The translations under genes were made by a program, and so were the position numbers. Source: Schizochytrium sp. TIO01 (Eukaryota > Protista > Bigyra: Labyrinthulomycetes). Taken from it: a stretch of DNA of 64,000 bases. This document shows positions 11,527-22,455 of the stretch, in pieces. The stretch covers positions 968,747-1,032,746 of the forward strand of contig SMSO01000037.1 of NCBI GenBank assembly GCA_004764695.1, written 5' to 3'. Each line of letters opens with the position of its first letter. The first letter of the stretch is position 1. Under the pieces are notes generated by a model. It was not told where the DNA came from. It searched no databases and saw only the letters and a program-made list of their open reading frames with translations.

Positions 11527-12150
11527 ATGGCCTTTGTTAGCTCAACACCAGAGTTGGACCTAGCTCTGCTGCAGGCAACAACAAGCGTCATGGACAAGAT
11601 GACAAAGCTACGCTCAAGTTTCATCGAAACGAGGAACCACTCATGCGACATAGTCATGGAGAAAGGACGCGTGAAGAATGCACAAGCTCTGATGAGTTTT
11701 ACTGTTGAAGCAAATACTTTGAACGCGGGGGGGAATCTCTTTGGAGGTTACGTCTCGTCTCAAGCAGACACAGCAACGGCGCGGCTTATGCTTACCTGCA
11801 ACTTGCGGGCAGAGCGCATGTTTATACCAACCATGAGCGTTGCACTGAATGTTGAGTTCCATAACGGTGCATCCCATGGAGAAGAGGTCTACATGATCGT
11901 CACTGTAGAGCGCGTAGGCAAGAGCATTGGATTTACGTGTGCTAATTTTTATCGAGGACACCCTTCCAACGGGGTTCTTCTCTATAAGGCCCATCACCAA
12001 GTCATCATTTCCCGGGGTTCAGCCGTAATGGCAGACCGTATTAGGGAAAATGATCCAGATAATAATGGCAAGGTGGAAGCGGCATTAGCGGCATATGAAA
12101 AATTAGATGCGTCAATCGTGCTCCCGCCTCAGGCGCATGCATCGCTTTAA
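11527..12150 (+). CDS. Hotdog-fold acyl-CoA thioesterase (PaaI/ACOT13-THEM2-like)
   Basis: TLNAGGNLFGGYVSSQADTAT corresponds to the N-x2-G-x-L-H-GG...D motif. SVALNVEF..GEEV..VERVGKSIGFT matches the hotdog beta strands. First ATG is at 11527. Confidence 0.8.
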   Translation: MAFVSSTPELDLALLQATTSVMDKMTKLRSSFIETRNHSCDIVMEKGRVKNAQALMSFTVEANTLNAGGNLFGGYVSSQADTATARLMLTCNLRAERMFIPTMSVALNVEFHNGASHGEEVYMIVTVERVGKSIGFTCANFYRGHPSNGVLLYKAHHQVIISRGSAVMADRIRENDPDNNGKVEAALAAYEKLDASIVLPPQAHASL

Positions 12151-12314
12151 AACTACTAAACTTAGTCGAATGCACCTAACTTTGAAAGAAAAATAAATGA
12201 AAAACGTCACAATGATATTTCATAGTAGGTGAGGATAAAATCTTACAAACTTCGTTTTTCACTATCATCTAAGTGGATCTGTATTGGTTTTCAACTATGA
12301 CTAAAGAGTGGTAC

Positions 12315-13421
12315 TCACCGTCCATCGAGAATAGCTTCAAGCTCGCAAAGGTGCTTTGCAAACGGGCCTTCAAAGTCGGCCACAGAGACTGCTGCTACAG
12401 ATTGAGAGAGAGCAAGGTGAGCAAGAAATTCTTGCATATCCTCAGACTCCTTCTCAGCGTTCCAGATCATAGAAGCAACACCTTCGAACTCGCGCACGGC
12501 ATCGAATGCATCAAACGCCGCGGTGACTGTTCCAAGAGAGTTAATGTCGATTACTGCACTGTTCACGATACCAGAGTCCAGTGTGGCGCGAATAGTGTCC
12601 ACAGAGTTGTATAGGCTCTTGCCGCCGCAAATCTGGAGGTGCTCGCCTACAGCAAGGGTAAGAGCAAGTCCTTCTTCGGGATCCACATCGTTCATTTGTA
12701 AGAGAGCAACAGGAAATTTGTTCATAAACTCAACAAGCTGCTCGCGATCTTCGATTCTATCGAGGTGAACCCCAAGAGCGACCTCCCCAAGCATGTCGTT
12801 CGTCTTCAAAGGGCGCATGAGAGCGCGAAGCTGCGCCTTCAGGCTTTTTGTTTGGTCCTCATTGATACTCAGGTTTTCCGTGAGGTTCTGGAATCTTTTG
12901 ATGCCATCTCGAAAGCAAGCGTCTCCGAAAGGGATAATAGAGACCATCGGTAGCTCTGGTAAGATGCCAATCGGCATTGGCATCTGCAGAGAATCTTGCT
13001 TGCCGATCGTAGCCAGATATCCAGCGAGTTTGCGCCCAGAAGCACCTGCTCCAAGTTTGGCGACCGCTACCGAGACACCCAAAATTGCTCCAGGAGTAAA
13101 TTCCGAACGATCTTCTGTTCCGTCAAGAGAGCACAACAGGTTGTCAATACCTCGTTGATCTGTGGGGTCTAAGGCACCAATTTTGGGAGAAATCTCGACC
13201 TCGAGAGCCTCTACAGCGCGGTCAGGGTTCTTTTCGCGCACAATGGCAGAGTACTTTTGACTTTGGTCATCTTGGTTGGTCTTGAGGGTCACTTCGAGTG
13301 CATTCTCTCCAATCTTGCGGCCCTCCACACCCGTCACACGAAGTGAAAATGCTCTGCGGGACGTACCAGACGCAAAGGCGCGCGCCCGAGGTGCTGTTGA
13401 TCTGAAGGTTCCGCTCAACAT
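12315..13421 (-). CDS. Enolase-like protein, predicted catalytically inactive, with mitochondrial-type presequence
   Basis: ISPKIGALDPTDQRGIDNLLCSLDGTEDRSEFTPGAILGVSVAVAKLGA is the enolase N-domain signature. The first ~28 aa are Arg/Ser/Ala-rich with no acidic residues. Catalytic and metal-binding motifs are replaced (see findings). Confidence 0.82.
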   Translation of the reverse strand: MLSGTFRSTAPRARAFASGTSRRAFSLRVTGVEGRKIGENALEVTLKTNQDDQSQKYSAIVREKNPDRAVEALEVEISPKIGALDPTDQRGIDNLLCSLDGTEDRSEFTPGAILGVSVAVAKLGAGASGRKLAGYLATIGKQDSLQMPMPIGILPELPMVSIIPFGDACFRDGIKRFQNLTENLSINEDQTKSLKAQLRALMRPLKTNDMLGEVALGVHLDRIEDREQLVEFMNKFPVALLQMNDVDPEEGLALTLAVGEHLQICGGKSLYNSVDTIRATLDSGIVNSAVIDINSLGTVTAAFDAFDAVREFEGVASMIWNAEKESEDMQEFLAHLALSQSVAAVSVADFEGPFAKHLCELEAILDGR

Positions 13422-14676
13422 TGTCTCGAAGAGTTCTTGCTTTGCTATTGCTGCAGCCTCAAATCCTACTCCTATTTTACTTATTTATTTTTTAATAAAT
13501 AACATTATGTTCGTTCTATTATTTATTTTAATCATAAATTTGGTTTTAGCTTTTCTTGTTTACTTCACTAGATGAAGTAGTAAGGTTCGGAGAACCAGCT
13601 CAAAAGGACGTACATGGTACAATGAAACGCAAATAGCTCTGCAAAGCCTTGCCACGTGAGAACTGAAGCAATCAAAGCCATAATAGTTATGTGAGGTATG
13701 CTCTGCGTTGTGATGATATGGCAAAAGAGGATCTCAAGGATCTAAGGAACCCAACTTCAAGCTTGCTTTGACTAAAGCAAGAATGTTGATGCTTGCTCAC
13801 ATTGTATCTCTATCCACAATTGGATGGAATCCTTTACTTCCGTATTAGAAACCTGACCTCGAGTGAGCTTTGAAATTGCTTATTCAGAGTCATTAAAGCG
13901 GCTCCTTGCTTGCACATGCATGCACTTAAAAAAAAAGTAGCCAGATACACATCAACCTCAGTGAAATTATCAGGTTTCACGATTGAACCCTTGCTCAGTA
14001 CTATCTAATTTCTATCTCAATAGCTCAAGTTTGGCCATGGCAACATTTCTTTCAGTTTTCTTCATCCAAAAGCATGTAAAAGAGCATGAGGTAATTCCAG
14101 ACTCGTGCGCATTTGTACGCAAGTTCCCTGTCATTCCACATTCACGCTTACCAAGAGTCTTATGTTCTAGCCTTCGAAACCACCAGGGTCCTCGATGTTT
14201 TCCTCCTTGGTTACATAAACTCTAACTTTGTTCGGGTCCATCTTCAATTCCTCAAGTTGAAGGATTCTTCAACTTCAAGGCGATAGGTACCTACCTACCC
14301 ACCTACTAAGTAGGCAGATGCTGCGATGATAAAGAACTTCTCATTCCGTTTAGTGTCGAGAATGTCCCCCAGTCTAATGTAAACGGTAGGACTGACTAAG
14401 CCCGGGTAGATGTGATTGAGAGCATCCTTTTTCTTTCATTTCATTCCCTGTGTTGGCTACTAATAATAGCGCGTATAGCAAATGGCTACTTTGTAGGTAG
14501 TAGTTTTACTTAGCATGGAGCAAGAGTGTAAGAGAGAGATCATCTTCTGCTCGCAGCAAATCCGAATTGCAGTTGGAGGTTGTCGGCGTGATCTTTGTGA
14601 CCTTTTCAGGCTCGGCGTATCGTTTTTGAGGTGTGGAGGGCGCTGGGTTTGTGCGGAGGCCTTGCGGACTGGAACG

Positions 14677-15732
14677 ATGGTGCACGTGGGAGTTGTGGGC
14701 GCAGGTGCTGTTGGGGCTTTCGTGGGAGCACGCCTTTTGGCTGGAAACACTGGCGAAGGAGCGCTTGCCGACCTCAAGGTGACTCTGGTGGGCAGACAGT
14801 CGCTGATCGATTGCTTCAGGGGCAACGGGAACGTGCTCGTGACTCATACGAGCAATGGAGAGGTTTGCAGACACCCGGCCAGCAAAGAATTTGTGGTGTC
14901 AGATCAGATTGCCGATGTGGCGGACGCAGATATCATTTTGGTGGCCGTCAAGGGCGCACACACTGAAGATGTGGCACATAGCTTGCGTAAAGTTCTCCCT
15001 AAAGGCGTGCCAAAGACCATCTTTTCTCTGCAAAATGGAGTAGCAAACGCGCACATTCTCAGCAGCATCATTGCCGACAAAAACGTGACTGTCTTGCCCG
15101 CAAGTGTAGTGTTCAATGTTGTGTGGAGTGGGGCAGACTTTGCCCAACGAACTCCTGGTGAAATCTTCATTCAGGATGGTCCACATGCGGCTCTCTTTGC
15201 ACGTCTCGCACGCCGTGGAAGTATCCCAATTCAGGTAGAGCCTGACCTTACTGCTGTACAGTACGGCAAGCTCTTAATCAATCTCAATAACGCAGTCAAT
15301 GCACTCGGGGGGATTCCTATCGTTGCAACCTTTAAGGACCCTCATTTGCGTAAAGTTGTCTCTATGTGCATCTACGAGGCAATTGATGTGTTCGACCGTG
15401 CAGGTATCCCCATGAAAAGTCCCAAAAGAGATGCGTCAATTCGTGTGTGGCCGCGCCTCTTTGGTCTTCCCGACCCCCTCTTCAATGCCATCTTTGATAT
15501 TGTCATCAAAATGCACCCTGCGGCGAAAACCAGCATGCTCCAGGACCTTGAGCGTGGCCGTCTAACTGAGATTGATCTTCTGAATGGTGAGGTGGTCCGT
15601 GTTGCCAAGGAGCATGGCTTTGAAGAGCCAAAGGTCAACGCTATTCTTGTCAAGCTCATCAAGGAGGCTGAAGCTAACGGTGGTACTCCAATGATGCCTG
15701 GACCCGAACTGTATGACCTTGTGACTAAGTAG
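14677..15732 (+). CDS. 2-dehydropantoate 2-reductase (ApbA/PanE)-like protein, paralogue 1
   Basis: GAGAVG Rossmann motif, AVK, LQNG, YGKLLINLNNAVNAL (catalytic Lys), SMLQDLERGRLTEIDLLNG (catalytic Glu). Start taken at MVHVG to match paralogue 2; an upstream in-frame ATG exists at 14515. Confidence 0.88.
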   Translation: MVHVGVVGAGAVGAFVGARLLAGNTGEGALADLKVTLVGRQSLIDCFRGNGNVLVTHTSNGEVCRHPASKEFVVSDQIADVADADIILVAVKGAHTEDVAHSLRKVLPKGVPKTIFSLQNGVANAHILSSIIADKNVTVLPASVVFNVVWSGADFAQRTPGEIFIQDGPHAALFARLARRGSIPIQVEPDLTAVQYGKLLINLNNAVNALGGIPIVATFKDPHLRKVVSMCIYEAIDVFDRAGIPMKSPKRDASIRVWPRLFGLPDPLFNAIFDIVIKMHPAAKTSMLQDLERGRLTEIDLLNGEVVRVAKEHGFEEPKVNAILVKLIKEAEANGGTPMMPGPELYDLVTK

Positions 15733-17376
15733 AAATACCATTTTAAATTAAATATTCGTCATTCTCCTGTGCGTTAGTAACTCATTTCTGCATTGGCATT
15801 GTCAATTCACAGGGGTGGGCGGCCACTTGATTCGTCGAGAATTACGATCTGGAGCCTTTTCTACTACTCTATCTACTTATATAAAACGTAGCCATAGAAA
15901 CCCTATTTTCTTGATGAAATTCGTAGCAACAGCAACAATTTTCCCTCCAGAACGAGAACTTTAAGGTTCACGATTTAGCGATCACAAAAATAGAGTCTCT
16001 AGTGTTTACTACTGCTTCTCTTTTTCTTTTTTTAAAATTAATTTTTTTAGACAGACAGCTCATTTACAACATCGATATTCGAAATACTAGTAGACATTAC
16101 TAGCATGCATCTCCAAAGATAAACTTGCTACAGTAAGATTTGCATTCAATGATCAGAGACTTTTCTTCTTTCTCATATGGATAGCAAGTTTTGTGTTGAC
16201 CGGATGGGCACCGAAATAGAATCTTATATGGTTGCTATAAATCGTTCTTCTCATGTATCTGCTGTCCGTTTTTCATTAAACCACCTTTGCGGGTTGCGTC
16301 CTTGAACATGAGAATATATGAGGGGAAGAAAATAAATTCGTTCGCCGCCATTCATCCCTGATGAGACCACGTTGGCTAAGTTACTCTCAGCCTCAGGGCT
16401 TAAGCTGCCCCGTTTTCTCAAAATGCTACTCCAAGGCAGGCCTGCTCCAATCCGCCTTTGCCTCGCAACCGCTCAAAGCCTGTCATTGAGACACATGCCT
16501 ACATCGTGGTAGCGCCAGACTCGTGTCCCAGCAGCAGTTCATCCAGGCACTCCTACTGAAGCTACGACGGCACAAATGTAGTGCAGTGTGACTTTGTCTC
16601 TGCGTGCCTTCGCTCGGATCGTGGACATTCCTTGTGGCCCATCGTTTACGTTGAAAGGCTGCGCTGCGCTGCGACGATTTATGGTTGACTATCGAGAGCA
16701 GCAGCTGCTGGCATATAAGGCAGGGGGACTCATGGGATGTGTTCCGCCTACTCGTCTGGTTACTTTGGACCGTCACAAAAAAAAAGCGCTTCTTCGTTGA
16801 TAAGGCTTTTTTAGACGGAGATGTAAGTTCTATAGAGCAGCGACAGCAATGAGACTTCGTCATCACGAATGACGCTCTGCGATCCGCTCGCAAGAGACCC
16901 TGAACTCCGTGTGAGGGCGTCACGAAAGGAGGTTCTTCTCACGCGTATTTTTGCCGTTTGATTGATTCGCTTGGCGTCTTTTTGTATCCGTGTTGTCGCG
17001 GCTGCAGGAGAGATGCGCGGGTGCACTTTGTGATCGCGAATTCTCTCACGAACTCCTACAGGGTTGTGCTTAAGCAAAGAGTAGTTTTTCCATCGTGCGT
17101 TTTCCATAACAAAGTCTTTGGCAAGTCTAGGGGCATAGAACTCGCATACGTGATTTTCTAAGATATAATGAATTTTGGTGAAACGAGCATGACACGGCAG
17201 ATGATGCGGCCCTTATGCTGAAGTATATTATGACGTACAAAGTGAGAATTTGATACACATGGGATATAAAAATGCAGAGTAGGATGAATGATCAAGCAAA
17301 AACCAAACCTCAAACTCGAAAGCAAACCAGCCGAAGAACATCAAGTGATTGAACCAACTTCTATAAAGTAATCAAC

Positions 17377-18432
17377 ATGGTCCACGTAGGCGTACTTGGC
17401 GCTGGTGCGATTGGTACCTTTGTGGGAGTCCGCCTTCTTGCAGGGAACTTTGGCGAAAATGCTGTTGATGATTTCAAGGTGACTCTCGTAGGCCGCAAGT
17501 CGTTGATTGAGGCCGTTCGCGAAGCGAACAATACCATCACAAGCAAGACTCTGTCTGGTAAGAGCACGGTACACGAGGTAGGTGGAAGCCTTGTCGTTAC
17601 GGATGACATGAATGCTCTTCGCGAGGCAGACATCATCCTTGTGGCTGTGAAGAGTGCTCAGACCGCAGGTGTTGCGCGGGCCCTTTGCGACATGCTTGAA
17701 GACCGTGAAAAGAGGTGCACCATCATTTCTTTGCAGAATGGTGTCAGCAATGCCCGCGTTCTTCGTGACAATATTCACAATGAAAATGTTCACGTAGCTG
17801 CAGGCCTCGTTGTCTTCAACGTTGTTTGGTCAGGCTCAACCTTTGCTCAGACCACCAAGGGGGAGATTTTTGTCCAAAACAAACCGCAGGTAGAATTCTT
17901 TGCGAACATTTCGAACAATGGCGAAGTCAGCACCGTGGTGGAGGATGATATTACTCCAAAACAATATGGCAAGCTTGTCTTAAACTTGAACAATGCTATC
18001 AATGCTCTCTCTGGCAAAACAATGCTTCAGTGTGTTGAGGACCATGATTTTCGTCGGGTCTCCGTGCTGGCTTGCGGCGAGGCTATGAGTATTTTTGATG
18101 AGCTTGAGATGTCTTTTGAGAGTCCATCTAAGGGCCACAACCTCCGTCTTATGCCGTATGTCTTCAGTCTTCCGAACCTAGTCTTTCGTTCCATCTTTCC
18201 GTACATTATGAAGATGAGTCCTTCTGCGAAAACTAGTATGCTTCAAGATTTGGAACGCGGCCGCATGACTGAAATTGACTCCCTCAATGGTGAGATTTTG
18301 CACCTTGCAAAGACTCATGGGCTTCCGGTGCCGCCAGTCAACGCGAGACTTGTTCAACTCATTAAGAGCGCCGAGGGCAAAGCTTCGCCAAACCTCTCGG
18401 GTGCTGAACTTTTGGCGCTCGTGCAGCCTTGA
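17377..18432 (+). CDS. 2-dehydropantoate 2-reductase (ApbA/PanE)-like protein, paralogue 2
   Basis: GAGAIG, LQNG, YGKLVLNLNNAINAL and SMLQDLERGRMTEIDSLNG; colinear with paralogues 1 and 3. Confidence 0.9.
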   Translation: MVHVGVLGAGAIGTFVGVRLLAGNFGENAVDDFKVTLVGRKSLIEAVREANNTITSKTLSGKSTVHEVGGSLVVTDDMNALREADIILVAVKSAQTAGVARALCDMLEDREKRCTIISLQNGVSNARVLRDNIHNENVHVAAGLVVFNVVWSGSTFAQTTKGEIFVQNKPQVEFFANISNNGEVSTVVEDDITPKQYGKLVLNLNNAINALSGKTMLQCVEDHDFRRVSVLACGEAMSIFDELEMSFESPSKGHNLRLMPYVFSLPNLVFRSIFPYIMKMSPSAKTSMLQDLERGRMTEIDSLNGEILHLAKTHGLPVPPVNARLVQLIKSAEGKASPNLSGAELLALVQP

Positions 18433-20388
18433 AACATTTACCTTTTCCCCTGCGTATCAAAACCTTGCATTCTATACTCTTTTCGAAACCTTCTTCTCTG
18501 GAGAAAGCTACCTGTGCTGCATTCTTTGCTTCTGTTTTACATGAAAATCCATTGGCCTGCTCATTTATGCCTGTAAATCTCATAAACTCATATTCAAAAT
18601 CGAGCTCTTTCGTTCCCATGGCATGTATTTATTGATCATACAATGGAGTTGACAAGACCATATCATGAAACTTGCCAGCTATATATCTTCTCTTGAGCAA
18701 AATTCATTTAAGGCATCCACAGCTTTTCCAAAAATGAGCTACAAGACAAGGAATGCTTTAGGCAGGTGTTTATGACACTTGCTTATATTTAGATTGGATT
18801 AAATTATTAGTCATAGCGATTCTTGGGATATTTGCCAGCTATATTTTAGATTGGATGATTCTGGCGAATTAAAAAAACATGCTCAGAAAGAATGAGTATG
18901 CAAGACTTTGCTGTACAAATCTCCTGAACATAGACATGAGATTCCTAGGGGCTATGGACCTATCTATACTTGTTGCATAGACTGACATTTCGATTTTGAA
19001 GTCAAATTTGGTTCAAATCAAGATCTAGTCAGACTGAAAGCAGCTAACATCCTATAAGTTTTTCTGCATAACGAGCAAAACGTCCTAAATTTAAGGTCGA
19101 ATCACAGAGATCGATGACCCATGTACGATATCATTTTATACATGCACAAAGCTACCTGCCTTGCTTTCATCAAGATGGGCAGTCAAATCATATATATCTT
19201 CCTCCTTTCATCTTTTCTCAAATCGTCTCCACTCTCCCCAAGAATTCTTGCAGTACACACCCTGATGAGAGAAAACGCTTATGTAGAGCAGTCTTAAGAC
19301 ACATGAATCTAACACTGTCTTCGCCAGGATCACAAATTGTCGCTCGCCTTGGGTTATTAGAAGCGTTGCCCTAAGGCTGTCCAAGGTTGGAGCCGTGGAC
19401 ATCGATAGATTCTGACCATGGCTACCCACTGACTTGAGACCACTGCGAGCAATCCACGTGTCTCGTACTGGAGCTAAGGGTGAATGTGGTGGTAAGTTTA
19501 GGAGCACAAAAGTTTGACTTCTGGAATCTATCGTGCAATCTTTCCTCAAAGGCGTCGGTGCTATCTGCGTTAAACCAAGCCAGCACCGCCTCGCGAATGG
19601 TGACCACTCCGCGAACCATATTCTTCTGCTTCCTCCACGAACTGTCTTCTTCAGCAAACATCTCTACCGCCCCAATTGAGTCACTACCTCACAGCCAGGG
19701 GCTCCAAAACAATGAAACCTGTGCAAAATATGCGTACACAAACAACATCTCGAGCATCAAAATTCCACATCAACGCCATCGCGAAATGATTCTTCGCAAC
19801 ACCTCGATCCTCTCTGCGTAAGCTTCTCTTCGCATAAGAAGACAACAACCTGCCTGAAGATCTTGAAGATCTTGAAGATCTCACCCTCACCGCTTAGTTA
19901 GTTCTTGAAGTTATAGTACCTACGATTATATCAACCCGAAGGTCTACGCGTCGATTTCATTCTTTCTTTCTCGAGGGCAAAAGCTCCTACTTCCCAGGTC
20001 TTATGAACCCTTAGAGATTGCAGTAGAGAGAGATGCTGTATTTGTTTTAGTTTAGCGTTTCCATTGATAAGAATAAAAGTTTTTACTTCCGGAGCCGTGA
20101 ACAATGGAGGACTCGGGCGACTCCAGCTGGGGCGAAGCAGCTCGCTCCAGTGGCCTGTGTAGAGCTGGAACTGAGAAAACAGCTTGATCGAACTTGCGCG
20201 AGCCCCGCGTTGGGCCAGCAGCCTCGGTTTCTCAGCCAGGGCGTGCAGGAGACGTGTCAGGAGCAGGCGGTCTAAAGAACAAATTCAAGTACTTTTTACT
20301 TAACCTCATACCTATCTCTCGCGAAGGTCGATCATAGGGGTACATAGTGTAAACAGGTAGAAGGTACCAGAACTTGGAGAGGCCGGAA

Positions 20389-21597
20389 ATGCAGATGTTC
20401 TTCAGATCCACGACGAACAGAATCGCTTCAAGCTTCAGTCGTGCAGCAAACTCGAAACTTGCTGGAGAAGGACCTTGGAGGCAAACACTAGCAACAACTC
20501 CTACGTTGATACCCACGAGACTTGCGAGCAACGTGAGAATGGTGCACGTTGGAGTTCTTGGAGCAGGCGCAGTTGGCTCGTATGTTGGAGCACGAATTCT
20601 CGCAGGAAATCAAGGTCCTGAAGCCGTTTCTGATCTCAAGGTCACACTTGTTGGCCGCCAATCGCTTCTTGATGCGGTCAGTGAAGCTGGCAATAAGATC
20701 ACATCGAGAACTGTTGCAGGACAAACTGCTGTGCAAGATGTGGGCGATAACTTGATTATCACAGACAAAATGGAAGCTCTTATTGATGCGGATATCATTG
20801 TGGTGGCCGTAAAGGCTGCTCAGACCCTTGATGCAGCGAAAGAGCTCGATGCCCTTTTGCCCAAAGATGACGGCAAGGCAAGGACCATTATTTCCCTGCA
20901 GAACGGTGTAACGAACTCTCAAATTTTGCGCGAGAACATTAATACCCAAAACTTGACCGTACTTCCCGGCCTCGTGGTTTTTAACATTGTGTGGAGTGGT
21001 GCTGAGTTCTCTCAGACCTCTACTGGTGAGGTGTTCATTCAGGATGGGCCACAGATGGAGATATTTGGTCGCATGTGCAACAAGGGTGGTATTGACACAA
21101 TCGTAGAGAAAGACATTACTGCCAAGCAATATGGTAAACTCCTCATCAACTTGAATAATGCCATCAATGCTTTGTCTGGAATTCCCACTCTGCAAACCAC
21201 AAAGGATGCGTCTTTCCGTAAGGTTTCTGTACTTGCTACCAATGAAGCAATTAGCGTGCTTGACAAGGCAGGAATTCCTATTCAGAGCCCCTCGAAAACA
21301 GGATACATCCGTCTTTTGCCTGTGATTTTTAATCTCCCGGAGTTTCTTTTCAAGATTGTCTTCCCCCGCATTGTGACATTGAACCCTAAGGCAAAGTCAA
21401 GCATGCTCCAGGATCTTGAACGTGGACGCCTTACAGAGGTAGATCTTCTGAATGGTGAGGTTGTTCGTGTTGCTAAGGAGCACGGTTTCGAAGTGCCTAG
21501 GGTTAACGCTACATTAGTAGAACTAATCAAACAGGCTGAAGGCCATGGTTCACCTTGCCTGAAAGGAGCCGAACTGCTCGCTAAGGTGTCGTCTTAA
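20389..21597 (+). CDS. 2-dehydropantoate 2-reductase (ApbA/PanE)-like protein, paralogue 3, with N-terminal presequence-like extension
   Basis: Same motifs as paralogues 1 and 2. An in-frame 50-aa extension MQMFFRSTTNRIASSFSRAANSKL...TRLASNVR precedes MVHVG (ATG at 20539). Confidence 0.88.
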   Translation: MQMFFRSTTNRIASSFSRAANSKLAGEGPWRQTLATTPTLIPTRLASNVRMVHVGVLGAGAVGSYVGARILAGNQGPEAVSDLKVTLVGRQSLLDAVSEAGNKITSRTVAGQTAVQDVGDNLIITDKMEALIDADIIVVAVKAAQTLDAAKELDALLPKDDGKARTIISLQNGVTNSQILRENINTQNLTVLPGLVVFNIVWSGAEFSQTSTGEVFIQDGPQMEIFGRMCNKGGIDTIVEKDITAKQYGKLLINLNNAINALSGIPTLQTTKDASFRKVSVLATNEAISVLDKAGIPIQSPSKTGYIRLLPVIFNLPEFLFKIVFPRIVTLNPKAKSSMLQDLERGRLTEVDLLNGEVVRVAKEHGFEVPRVNATLVELIKQAEGHGSPCLKGAELLAKVSS

Positions 21598-22455
21598 GCT
21601 GGGTCAATATTGCAAGACAGCTTTTTGCAAGAAGAGAGTAATGACTTCTCTCGAACACCATTGATAGTGGCGAATGTATGCAGAGGCAAAAGCAGAAGCG
21701 AAGGGTCGACTTTTACTCTCTTAGGTTTTTCTGAGAGCCATAGATTGAAGTCGTCCTTTCGCCATCATGCATGATATGTAATTCCTTCATTTATGTGTGT
21801 GGGCTTTGCAAAATGCTTTAGAGTTTTAATACAATGCAAGATAAGAATTAAAAAATGATACTAAACAAACTTTTTGAATTAAGCTACTAATTAAGGATGA
21901 ATTCGACACAGCTTTCTTCATTTCTTTAGAAAGGCTGTCAGTGATGATTCATCACACCCTTGCGCATACTAGGTTTGGAGTTGCTGTCCACGACGAGCAG
22001 CAAGCTCAGATAATCTCGTATCATGTAATTCTAAAACTCCCGCTCATCCGCTCGCTCGATGGATTTGTTGTTGCTTAACTAGAGGGTATAACAATGAAGC
22101 TATATGTCCTGAATTCTCAAAGTAGGTTGGTTGGGGAAGGGTTGAAGTACATGCATCAATTGGATAATTGAATAATAAAACAACAGCGAAGTAAGTAAAG
22201 GTAAATGTGCATCCCGTGGTGGTCGCATGATATGTGGTAAAGAATCAGATTGTGACAATTATGTACACTTGACTGATGATTTAAAGACTCAGAACACCTG
22301 TATATTGATTTGCATAGATTTAGGCACTTTTTGACCTAACCTGACCACATTAAGCTCACTAAGCCCCTTGTCTTGTTATGTAGCTTCAACTCTACTAGGA
22401 GCGCGTCGCTGTATTCGGTTGAGTATGGTTACCAACTTCTTTAACATCACTAGTT

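Noticed and set aside
14515-14676. 54-aa N-terminal extension of KPR paralogue 1
   Set aside because: Cys-rich and acidic, unlike a targeting peptide and not shared with the paralogues; more likely 5' UTR, but not excluded.
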